Positions 55,410-62,107 of a DNA stretch of 64,000 nucleotides are shown here, piece after piece. This stretch comes from Candidatus Nanoarchaeia archaeon. Lineage in GTDB: Archaea; Nanobdellota; Nanobdellia; Woesearchaeales; JANQNE01. Below the pieces are notes generated by a model. The model was not told the DNA's origin. It did not search any database and saw nothing but the letters and a program-made list of their open reading frames with translations. How positions within the stretch are numbered: position 1 is the stretch's first letter; each line of letters opens with the position of its first letter. The stretch covers positions 12,008 through 76,007 of the forward strand of contig JANQNE010000004.1 of NCBI GenBank assembly GCA_028279725.1. Reading direction: 5' to 3'. The translations under genes were made by a program, and so were the position numbers.

Positions 55410-55552
55410 ATTTCCATGACTTTTACAGCTTCTTCCTTGTCTATCTCAACATAAACGTTCTTGTTCTGGCATGTAGGGCATATTTCTGGGCCATTCATAC
55501 CATGGTGTATATCATTACAAACATTACACCTGAAGAATTTCTTATCAGCCAT
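55406..55552 (-). CDS. rubredoxin-like zinc-ribbon micro-protein
   Basis: Not in the ORF track. 48 aa: MADKKFFRCNVCNDIHHGMNGPEICPTCQNKNVYVEIDKEEAVKVMEI. GGGTGAT lies before the ATG, and the stop shares ATGA with the FTR-like gene. Confidence 0.6.
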   Translation of the reverse strand: MADKKFFRCNVCNDIHHGMNGPEICPTCQNKNVYVEIDKEEAVKVMEI

Positions 55553-55609
55553 TTTATCACCCTTTTTTCCAACCAAAAGTTTATATACTTTTAAACTTTG
55601 TTTTTTATC

Positions 55610-55987
55610 ATGAGCAAAAAAGTCCCTAAATCACTGCGTATATGGTTTCTGATACATTTTATCGTTGATATGCTGTTTGCTATACCTTTGATCGTGATAC
55701 CAAGATATTTTCTTAAGTTTTTGGGATTTATGTCAGCAGACCCGTTTACTGCGAGATTAGTCGGGGCAGCTTTGATCGGAATCGGCGGAGTTTCTTTAGT
55801 TGCGCACAACAAGGGAAATGAAAGCTATAGTTCTTTGTTGAGTCTGAAGATCTTATGGTCATTAGCTGCGATAGTTGCAATACTTTGGACAATGATTGAA
55901 GGCGGACCTTTTGTGGGCTGGTATATATTGGGAGTATTTGCTGTATTTTCTGGAATCTGGATGTATTACAAGCGCAAGATCAGATAA
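55610..55987 (+). CDS. 4-TM membrane protein (hypothetical)
   Basis: ATG 55610 (the track uses TTG 55598). Hydrophobic, no recognisable motif. Confidence 0.5.
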   Translation: MSKKVPKSLRIWFLIHFIVDMLFAIPLIVIPRYFLKFLGFMSADPFTARLVGAALIGIGGVSLVAHNKGNESYSSLLSLKILWSLAAIVAILWTMIEGGPFVGWYILGVFAVFSGIWMYYKRKIR

Positions 55988-56459
55988 TTTTCCAGTCGTC
56001 CTTGTTGAATTCCAGCTTAACTTTTTCTAAAAGATTTTTGTGCCTTAGTTCCTGGATAGCAGCTTCACTGAAAGCTTCTCTTGCCTCTCCAAAATTAAGA
56101 TGCTGCGCTATAAGATTGTAGTCATCAGCAGCTTCCTGTTCTTTTTGGATAGCGAAGTCTAAAGTTTCGTTAATGCCTTTTATCTCTTCGCTAAGAAGCT
56201 CATCCTTCTCTATGTCTTTCAGAAGCTTAAGGTCCTGCAATGGAGCGTTGTTTACGATACGGATTATAGACAGGTCCATCTTTCTGAACAGCCTTTCGTG
56301 GATCGTCTCTTCTTCTGAGAGTTTTAGGAAAAGTTCCCTTATGTTCTTGTTTGTTGCCTGTTCTGCAAGCTTTTTGTACATGCGCTGAGCAGCCTGCTCT
56401 TTAAGAACTGCGCTGTCGAACATAGTTTTTACGAACGAATCCATCTTAACTGTTTGCAA
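55980..56459 (-). CDS. ferritin-like (rubrerythrin-family) diiron-domain protein
   Basis: 159 aa with ExxH-type pairs (EEETIHERL, QELRHKN). Confidence 0.6.
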   Translation of the reverse strand: MQTVKMDSFVKTMFDSAVLKEQAAQRMYKKLAEQATNKNIRELFLKLSEEETIHERLFRKMDLSIIRIVNNAPLQDLKLLKDIEKDELLSEEIKGINETLDFAIQKEQEAADDYNLIAQHLNFGEAREAFSEAAIQELRHKNLLEKVKLEFNKDDWKII

Positions 56460-56889
56460 GAGCTAATTCTCCTGTCAACAATAGCTTATGCTTTTTTTCT
56501 TCATCAGCAAACGTCTGGAACAGATCCTTTGCTTCCGGATCATTGACAGCTTCTCTTAGTTTTTCATAGGTTATCTGTGCAAGAGCTTCCTGCTTTATCG
56601 CAAAAGCATACATATCCCTTAGATCACTGAACTCTTCGATCGGAGCCATCTCAACCTCTTCAGCTACATCAATCTCACTTATCTTGTCAGGAATTACCTT
56701 TGTTCCTAATTGTTCAAAGTTAAGGCTTTCCAGTTTTTCTTTGTGGTTTCTTTCCTGTTCAGAAAGCCTTAGAAGACCTTCTTTGATCTTTTCATCCTGT
56801 GATAATTCAGCAAGTTTTTTGTAGAAAAGATGAAAATATTCCTCATCTCTTATCGCATTTTCTATTATCAGTTTTAATTGTTCTATCAT
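56446..56889 (-). CDS. ferritin-like (rubrerythrin-family) diiron-domain protein, paralog
   Basis: 147 aa with EQERNHKEKL and DEEKKHKLL. Confidence 0.6.
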   Translation of the reverse strand: MIEQLKLIIENAIRDEEYFHLFYKKLAELSQDEKIKEGLLRLSEQERNHKEKLESLNFEQLGTKVIPDKISEIDVAEEVEMAPIEEFSDLRDMYAFAIKQEALAQITYEKLREAVNDPEAKDLFQTFADEEKKHKLLLTGELALANS

Positions 56890-57404
56890 TTTAACCTCTC
56901 CTCTGAAAGCTCTAAGTGGTCTGTCTCAACCTGAACAAGAGCTCCAAAGATCTTCCTTATAGTTTCGTTGTCAGATTCAGCTGCTGCTTTTCTGTAGAAT
57001 TCTATGGCTTTTGTCTCTCTTGCATGTGCATCTTCAAGATCTTCCTTGTAATCTTCTGAGCAAGGGTCATCTCCTTTTGGAATGGATCCTAGTTTTAGGA
57101 TCTTTTTCCAGATAGACGCATGCTCTGCCTCAACTTTTCCAAGTGCCTTGAAAAGCTTTTTTCCTTCTGGGTCTTTTACTTTTTCAGCAGCGCAGAAATA
57201 GAAAGCTGAGTTGCTTATCTCTACTTTCAATGCATATTCTGCATTTGCTCTGTCTTTTTCGTTGAGATCTACGTCGAAGTTAACTTCAGCATCTTTGAAC
57301 TCTTTGATGAATTTTTGTTTTGCACCGCAGAAAGGGCAATTTGTTGGTGCGTCATCCCCTATATAAGGGTCTCCGCATATTTCACAACGCCATAGTTTTG
57401 CCAT
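56886..57404 (-). CDS. reverse rubrerythrin (N-terminal rubredoxin-like + diiron domain)
   Basis: 172 aa. WRCEICG...CPFCG, then EAEHASIW and ETDHLEL. Confidence 0.8.
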   Translation of the reverse strand: MAKLWRCEICGDPYIGDDAPTNCPFCGAKQKFIKEFKDAEVNFDVDLNEKDRANAEYALKVEISNSAFYFCAAEKVKDPEGKKLFKALGKVEAEHASIWKKILKLGSIPKGDDPCSEDYKEDLEDAHARETKAIEFYRKAAAESDNETIRKIFGALVQVETDHLELSEERLK

Positions 57405-57414
57405 CTTTAATCAC

Positions 57415-57960
57415 CTATTCACAAAGCTCGCATCCTGGCTTGAAGCACATACATTCTGGCTCATAGTATTCTCTTGGATGCTTGCATGAAGGACATTTTT
57501 CAGGCGGTTCTTCTCCTTCATAGATATAACCACATTTTGAGCATTTCCATCTGATCGGCTTGTTTCTTTTGAAGACAGCTCCTTTTTCTACCATCTCAAG
57601 CAGTTTCCTGTATCTGTTCTCATGCTCTTTCTCTACTTTAGAAATATTCCTGAATAATTTTGCAGCTTCTTCGTTGCCTTCTTCTTTTGCTTCTTTTTCC
57701 ATCGTCGGATACATATCTGTGTTCTCGTAATGCTCACCTTCGATAGCTGCTTTCAGGTTAGCTTTTGTATCGCCAATACCCTTCAGAAGCTTGAACTCGT
57801 CTTTTGCATGCTGTTTTTCATTATCAGCAGTCTCTTCAAAGAGCCTTGCGATATAATGATATCCTTCTTTTCTTGCTACTTTAGCAAAATAAGTGTATTT
57901 GTTTCTTGCCTGACTTTCTCCTGCGAAAGCTGCTTTTAAATTTTCTTCTGTCTTTGACAT
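57415..57960 (-). CDS. rbr: rubrerythrin
   Basis: ATG 57960 preceded by GAGGGGGAT (track ORF starts at GTG 58017). Contains AGESQARNKY, two ExxH sites, and C-terminal WKCSKCG...CPSC, plus an extra tail CMCFKPGCELCE. Confidence 0.9.
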   Translation of the reverse strand: MSKTEENLKAAFAGESQARNKYTYFAKVARKEGYHYIARLFEETADNEKQHAKDEFKLLKGIGDTKANLKAAIEGEHYENTDMYPTMEKEAKEEGNEEAAKLFRNISKVEKEHENRYRKLLEMVEKGAVFKRNKPIRWKCSKCGYIYEGEEPPEKCPSCKHPREYYEPECMCFKPGCELCE

Positions 57961-57973
57961 CTTATCCCCCTCA

Positions 57974-58114
57974 TCACATATTTTTACAGTTGATGCATGG
58001 ATTGCATCCTCTACCACATCCAGAACTACTGCTATATTTAATAGTTACGGAATCTGAGCTTGATTTATAATCAATGCTTTGAACCTGATAATCATTATTA
58101 TTTGAGTAGTACAT
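57974..58114 (-). CDS. 46-aa Ser/Asn-rich micro-ORF ending in GCGRGCNPCINCKNM
   Basis: Not in the track. AAAGGTGAAAAAG precedes the ATG. Ends in double TGA stops 13 nt before the rbr ATG. Confidence 0.4.
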   Translation of the reverse strand: MYYSNNNDYQVQSIDYKSSSDSVTIKYSSSSGCGRGCNPCINCKNM

Positions 58115-58153
58115 CTTTTTCACCTTTGAATCAAAAAAATAAAAAAAGAAGGT

Positions 58154-58210
58154 CTAACAGCAACCTTCATCTTTGTCTTCGTCTTTTTTACTTCCACCAC
58201 AACATCCCAT
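58154..58210 (-). CDS. 18-aa micro-ORF MGCCGGSKKDEDKDEGCC
   Basis: Not in the track. GGAGGT lies 6 nt before the ATG. Followed by two T7 tracts. Confidence 0.3.
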   Translation of the reverse strand: MGCCGGSKKDEDKDEGCC

Positions 58211-58213
58211 TTT

Positions 58214-58354
58214 TTAACCTCCATATACTATTTTTATGTCTTCTTTTGTCAAGTCATGCTCGATCTGCTCAATAAGGTCGCAGTCAACGCATTCGTCAAG
58301 GAATGCGCGCTTATCCTTGCACTTGCCTTGTTTGCAAGTAATGGGTTCAGTCAT
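58214..58354 (-). CDS. 46-aa four-Cys micro-ORF ending in Gly-Gly
   Basis: Not in the track. GGAGGTGG lies 5 nt before the ATG. MTEPITCKQGKCKDKRAFLDECVDCDLIEQIEHDLTKEDIKIVYGG. Confidence 0.45.
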   Translation of the reverse strand: MTEPITCKQGKCKDKRAFLDECVDCDLIEQIEHDLTKEDIKIVYGG

Positions 58355-58371
58355 TTCGACCACCTCCCTTT

Positions 58372-58503
58372 CTATTGGCAGGCCTGACTTGTATTGAATG
58401 TTACCCTTTCTGAAAATTCCTGTTTTTTACCATCATTCCAGTTGGTCACAGGCCTGAAATAACCAACTATCCTGCTATATACTTCACATTTTACTTTTTT
58501 CAT
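58372..58503 (-). CDS. 43-aa ORF with an NrdD-like glycyl-radical loop motif
   Basis: Not in the track. The ATG shares ATGA with the Fur-family stop. MKKVKCEVYSRIVGYFRPVTNWNDGKKQEFSERVTFNTSQACQ resembles the extreme C-terminus of class III ribonucleotide reductases. Confidence 0.55.
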   Translation of the reverse strand: MKKVKCEVYSRIVGYFRPVTNWNDGKKQEFSERVTFNTSQACQ

Positions 58504-58874
58504 CTTTTACACCTCTTGCATCTTCCATATATGATTATGTTGATACATTCCGGGCTGAATTCTTTGGTTGTTAATTTTTTCATAGCGCATTTTGCAACCT
58601 CTTTGTTGAATATATCTATGATCTTTCCGCAGCTCTTGCATACACAGTGCTGATGACAGCTTATATCTCCGTCAAAATGAAGCTCTTTGTTTATCTCTAA
58701 TCTTGTGATTATACCTTCATCAGCTAAAATGTTTAAGTTCCTGTAGACAGTAGCTAAGCTTACTGCAGGAAGATCTTTCTTCACTGCGTTGTATACCTTC
58801 TCAGCAGTAGGATGCGTCTTTACGCTTCTTAAGTATTCCAGAATTTTTGTCTTTTGGCTTGTATTTCTTCTCAT
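58500..58874 (-). CDS. Fur-family metalloregulator (PerR-like by context)
   Basis: 124 aa. HPTAEKVY...LATVYRNLNILADEG, HQHCVCKSCGKIID, and C-terminal CKRC. Confidence 0.9.
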   Translation of the reverse strand: MRRNTSQKTKILEYLRSVKTHPTAEKVYNAVKKDLPAVSLATVYRNLNILADEGIITRLEINKELHFDGDISCHQHCVCKSCGKIIDIFNKEVAKCAMKKLTTKEFSPECINIIIYGRCKRCKR

Positions 58875-58883
58875 CTTTCTTAT

Positions 58884-58898
58884 TGATAATGATTACTA
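58884..58898. promoter_or_regulatory. Fur/PerR-box-like 7-1-7 element upstream of the Fur-family gene
   Basis: TGATAATGATTACTA (minus strand: TAGTAATCATTATCA) matches 13/15 positions of TGATAATNATTATCA. It lies 10-24 nt before the ATG and downstream of a TTTATATAA TATA-like box. Confidence 0.5.
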
Positions 58899-59005
58899 AT
58901 TAGAAAACATTACTATTATATAAATGTTTTGTTTTTTGTGTGATATTTTTGTCTCAGAATTATATTTTTGAATATGGAGTTTGTTATTAATGTGTTTTGC
59001 TTAGT

Positions 59006-59386
59006 ATGTGGGGTATGGTAAAAATGTCATATGATATTGGGAGATATGTACTGCCGTTTTTGGATTATCAGGATAGTCTGCAGAAGGATAGGTTGGATTT
59101 CACTAATCGTGTTCCTTTGAAGAGGACTGAGATTAAGCAGGAGAATCATGTCGGCAGGGGTGTTTTAGGTTACACAATACTGAACCATGACTACATGGTC
59201 AGGAGGGATGGACTGTTCGGAAAACTGTATGAAGAAGTTGATGTGCATGAGCTGATACATAATGAATGGGAATATCAGACAGATATAATCGCGAAGTGGA
59301 TGGTCAGTGATATGGGCAATAAGTACAGGGTCAGTTTTAAGAGTGAGAAGGGAAAAAAATATCACTTTGAATTCAGCAAGAATTAA
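59006..59386 (+). CDS. small HExxH-motif protein (putative metallopeptidase-like, hypothetical)
   Basis: About 126 aa. Start uncertain (ATGs at 59006, 59015, 59024; track uses TTG 58997). Contains VDVHELIHNEWE. Confidence 0.45.
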   Translation: MWGMVKMSYDIGRYVLPFLDYQDSLQKDRLDFTNRVPLKRTEIKQENHVGRGVLGYTILNHDYMVRRDGLFGKLYEEVDVHELIHNEWEYQTDIIAKWMVSDMGNKYRVSFKSEKGKKYHFEFSKN

Positions 59387-59421
59387 GATAGTTATTTAAA
59401 TGATAGAATTAAAGGGAAGTT

Positions 59422-60195
59422 ATGATAAAGTTAGGGCCAGCAGGAAGTTCTGGATTAGGAAATATAGAAGGAATTAAGCTAGTCAAGAAGCTTGGATTAG
59501 ATGCGATGGAAGTTGAATTTACTTATGGGGTGAGGATGAGTGTTGCAACTGCGAAAGAGCTTGGTGAGGAAGCGAAGAAAGATGGGATCAAATTAAGTGT
59601 TCATGCTCCTTATTATATCAATCTTGCATCATCTGAGAAAGAGAAGATAAAGGCAAGCGAGAAAAGGATATTAGACAGCTGTGAAAGAGGACATTATTTT
59701 AATGGAAATGAGAAGACGCCTATTGTTTTTCATGCTGGTTTTTATCAGGGAAGAGATAAGGAAGAAGTTTTTGGTATGATTAAGGATTCTATTCTTGAGA
59801 TGCAGAAGAAGATCAAAGAGAAGAAATGGGATGTTCTGCTTTGTCCTGAGACTACTGGGAAAGGAAGCCAGTTTGGTGATGTTGATGAGCTTGTTAGATT
59901 ATCTAAGGAAACTAAATGCGGGATATGCGTTGATTTTTCTCATCTGAAGGCAAGGAATAACGGAAAGAAAGAGTATAAAGAATGGTTTGAGAAATTAAAG
60001 GGATTTAAGCATATACACTGCCATTTCTCTGGGATAGAATGGACTGAGAAAGGAGAGAGAAGACATCTTGTGACAGAGAAGAAAGATATAAAAGAACTGC
60101 TTGACTGGGTGAAAAAGTATAAGATGGATGTTACGATAATAAATGAGAGCCCTGATCCTGTGAAAGACAGCCTGAAAGCTCTGGAGTTAAGATGA
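59422..60195 (+). CDS. TIM-barrel AP endonuclease 2 / endonuclease IV-like protein
   Basis: 257 aa with ...LSVHAPYYINLAS...VFHAG...CPETTGK...CVDFSHL.... Confidence 0.65.
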   Translation: MIKLGPAGSSGLGNIEGIKLVKKLGLDAMEVEFTYGVRMSVATAKELGEEAKKDGIKLSVHAPYYINLASSEKEKIKASEKRILDSCERGHYFNGNEKTPIVFHAGFYQGRDKEEVFGMIKDSILEMQKKIKEKKWDVLLCPETTGKGSQFGDVDELVRLSKETKCGICVDFSHLKARNNGKKEYKEWFEKLKGFKHIHCHFSGIEWTEKGERRHLVTEKKDIKELLDWVKKYKMDVTIINESPDPVKDSLKALELR

Positions 60196-60593
60196 TCAAA
60201 GTCATATTAGATACAAACTTTTTGATGATACCTTATCAGTTTGGCTTAGATATATTTTCTGAGATCAAAAGGATATGTGATTTCAAGTATGAGCTTTGCA
60301 TAGTGGATAAGACCATGGATGAGCTTGATAAGATTACACAGGAGCAGAAGGGGAAGAATGTGATGGCAGCAAAGATGGCTGTTGGTTTTATCGCTGGGAT
60401 GAATATCAAGATTTTGAAGACAAAAACAGAAGGAAGTGCAGATGATGCTATTGTTGAGCTGGCAGAAAAGGGCAAAACAGTCATTGCAACTCAGGATGGG
60501 GAGCTAAGAGACAGAATAAGGCAGAAAGGGGCTGTTTTAATCGGAATGAGGCAAAAAAAGCACCTTTTTATTGATAAGAGCTATAATCTATAG
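60192..60593 (+). CDS. PIN-domain protein (Fcf1/Utp24-like, COG1412)
   Basis: 133 aa with VILDTNFLM and ATQDGELRDRI. Sits in the conserved archaeal neighbourhood upstream of rpo7. Confidence 0.7.
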   Translation: MIKVILDTNFLMIPYQFGLDIFSEIKRICDFKYELCIVDKTMDELDKITQEQKGKNVMAAKMAVGFIAGMNIKILKTKTEGSADDAIVELAEKGKTVIATQDGELRDRIRQKGAVLIGMRQKKHLFIDKSYNL

Positions 60594-60647
60594 AAAGCTT
60601 TAAATATGAAAGCTTAATCCTTTCAGGAGCATAAGGGGGATAAAAAC

Positions 60648-61217
60648 ATGTTTTATCGAACACAAATTAAGGACCATATAAGGGTTCCACCAGAACTATT
60701 CAACCTTCCAAGAGAGGAAGCTATAATCAAAAGAGTCAAGAAAGACTATGAAGGATTTATCTCAAAGGATTTTGGAGTAGTAATAGATGTTGATAAAGTT
60801 ATAGATGTTAAAGAAGGGATAATCATACCTGGAGACGGAGCAGCTTATTATGAAACTGTCTTTGATCTTCTTACTTTTAAGCCAGAGATGCAGGAAGTTG
60901 TTCTTGGAAAAGTTAAGGACATCGCTGATTTCGGAGCATTTATGTCAATCGGACCTATCGAAGGGATGATACATATATCACAGACAATGGATGATTTTGT
61001 AAGCTTTGCAAAAGATAAGACTTTGGCTGGAAAGGATACAAAGAGAACTTTGAAAGTTGGAGATAAGTGCAGAGCAAGGATAATTGCTTTAAGCTATAAG
61101 GATATTACTAATCCTAAATTAGGATTGACCATGAGACAGGCTGGGCTAGGAAAGCCGGAATGGTCAGAAGAAAAAGAGGAGAAGCCAGCTAAGAAAGCAG
61201 CTGAGAAGAAGAAGTAA
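60648..61217 (+). CDS. rpo7: DNA-directed RNA polymerase subunit Rpo7 (E')
   Basis: 189 aa with an N-terminal Rpb7-like domain and an S1 domain (GKVKDIADFGAFMSIGP..GMIHISQ). Confidence 0.9.
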   Translation: MFYRTQIKDHIRVPPELFNLPREEAIIKRVKKDYEGFISKDFGVVIDVDKVIDVKEGIIIPGDGAAYYETVFDLLTFKPEMQEVVLGKVKDIADFGAFMSIGPIEGMIHISQTMDDFVSFAKDKTLAGKDTKRTLKVGDKCRARIIALSYKDITNPKLGLTMRQAGLGKPEWSEEKEEKPAKKAAEKKK

Positions 61218-61221
61218 AAAA

Positions 61222-61410
61222 ATGGCAAAGAAAAAAGCGTGCAAATCATGTAAGATGTTTGTCGAAGGAGATGTCTGTCCTTCATGCAAAGGAAATACTT
61301 TCTCAACAAACTGGCAGGGAAGATTACATGTTCTAGATGCAAACAAATCTGAGATCGCCAAGAAGATCGGAATAACTCTTAAAGGAGAATACGCAATAAA
61401 AGTGAGATAA
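61222..61410 (+). CDS. spt4: transcription elongation factor Spt4 (RpoE'')
   Basis: 62 aa with the zinc ribbon CKSC...CPSC and ...WQGRLHVLD. Confidence 0.85.
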   Translation: MAKKKACKSCKMFVEGDVCPSCKGNTFSTNWQGRLHVLDANKSEIAKKIGITLKGEYAIKVR

Positions 61411-61411
61411 G

Positions 61412-61837
61412 ATGCAACTGAAAATTCTAAATAAACAGGAAAATCCATTACTATCAAGGACAGAAGTAAGCGCTGAGCTTACATTTGAAGGAGCAGTACC
61501 TTCTGCTAATGAAGTTAAGAAGGAGATAAACAAGCAGCTTGGAGCTGACTTTAACCTTATCGATGTAAGCATGGAAAGTGAGTTTGGGAGTAAAGCTGCG
61601 ACAGCGCAGATAAATGTTTATAAAGATGACAAAGCTATGAAAGCTGCTATCAAGAAAGGAAAGAAAGCGCTAGAGAAAGAGAAGAAAGCTGCAGAGGAAG
61701 CTGCTAAGAAAGCTGAAGAAGAGAAAGCAGCAGCAGAAGCGCCGAAGGAAGAAGCTCCGGCTGAAGAGAAGAAAGAGGAAGAAAAACCTGCAGAAGAGAA
61801 AAAGGAAGAAGCCCCTAAGGAAGAGAAGAAGGAATAA
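61412..61837 (+). CDS. rps24e: ribosomal protein S24e with Lys/Glu/Ala-rich C-terminal extension
   Basis: 141 aa. The N-terminal ~95 aa are S24e-like ([21 protein letters not shown]). The tail is [24 protein letters not shown].... Confidence 0.85.
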   Translation: MQLKILNKQENPLLSRTEVSAELTFEGAVPSANEVKKEINKQLGADFNLIDVSMESEFGSKAATAQINVYKDDKAMKAAIKKGKKALEKEKKAAEEAAKKAEEEKAAAEAPKEEAPAEEKKEEEKPAEEKKEEAPKEEKKE

Positions 61838-61839
61838 AG

Positions 61840-62031
61840 ATGGCAAAAATAAAAAGAAAAGAAAAAAAGACAAGCGCGAAGTATAAGGCTTATGAAGCTA
61901 AAGGAGAGCTTAAAAGAAAAAGCAAGTTCTGCCCTAAATGCGGGGCTGGTGTATTCATGGCATCACATAAAGACAGAGAAACATGTGGCCAGTGCGGATA
62001 CACTGAGATGAAAAGTAAAGAAAAGAAATAA
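61840..62031 (+). CDS. rps27ae: ribosomal protein S27ae
   Basis: 63 aa with the zinc ribbon [11 protein letters not shown]...CGQCGYTE. Confidence 0.9.
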   Translation: MAKIKRKEKKTSAKYKAYEAKGELKRKSKFCPKCGAGVFMASHKDRETCGQCGYTEMKSKEKK

Positions 62032-62050
62032 AAAATAAATTTTTTAGAAA

Positions 62051-62092
62051 TTATTTACCTTTTTTCTTGCCGCCGCATCCACCGCAACCCAT
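62051..62092 (-). CDS. 13-aa micro-ORF MGCGGCGGKKKGK
   Basis: Not in the track. AGGAGGTGA lies 6 nt before the ATG, directly after the dCMP deaminase stop. Followed by a T-rich tract. Confidence 0.3.
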   Translation of the reverse strand: MGCGGCGGKKKGK

Positions 62093-62107
62093 ACGAATCA
62101 CCTCCTA

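Noticed and set aside
55406-55552. An apparent frameshift in the rubredoxin-like micro-ORF.
   Set aside because: This was my own transcription slip. Re-reading the sequence against neighbouring ORF-track coordinates shows an intact 48-codon frame.
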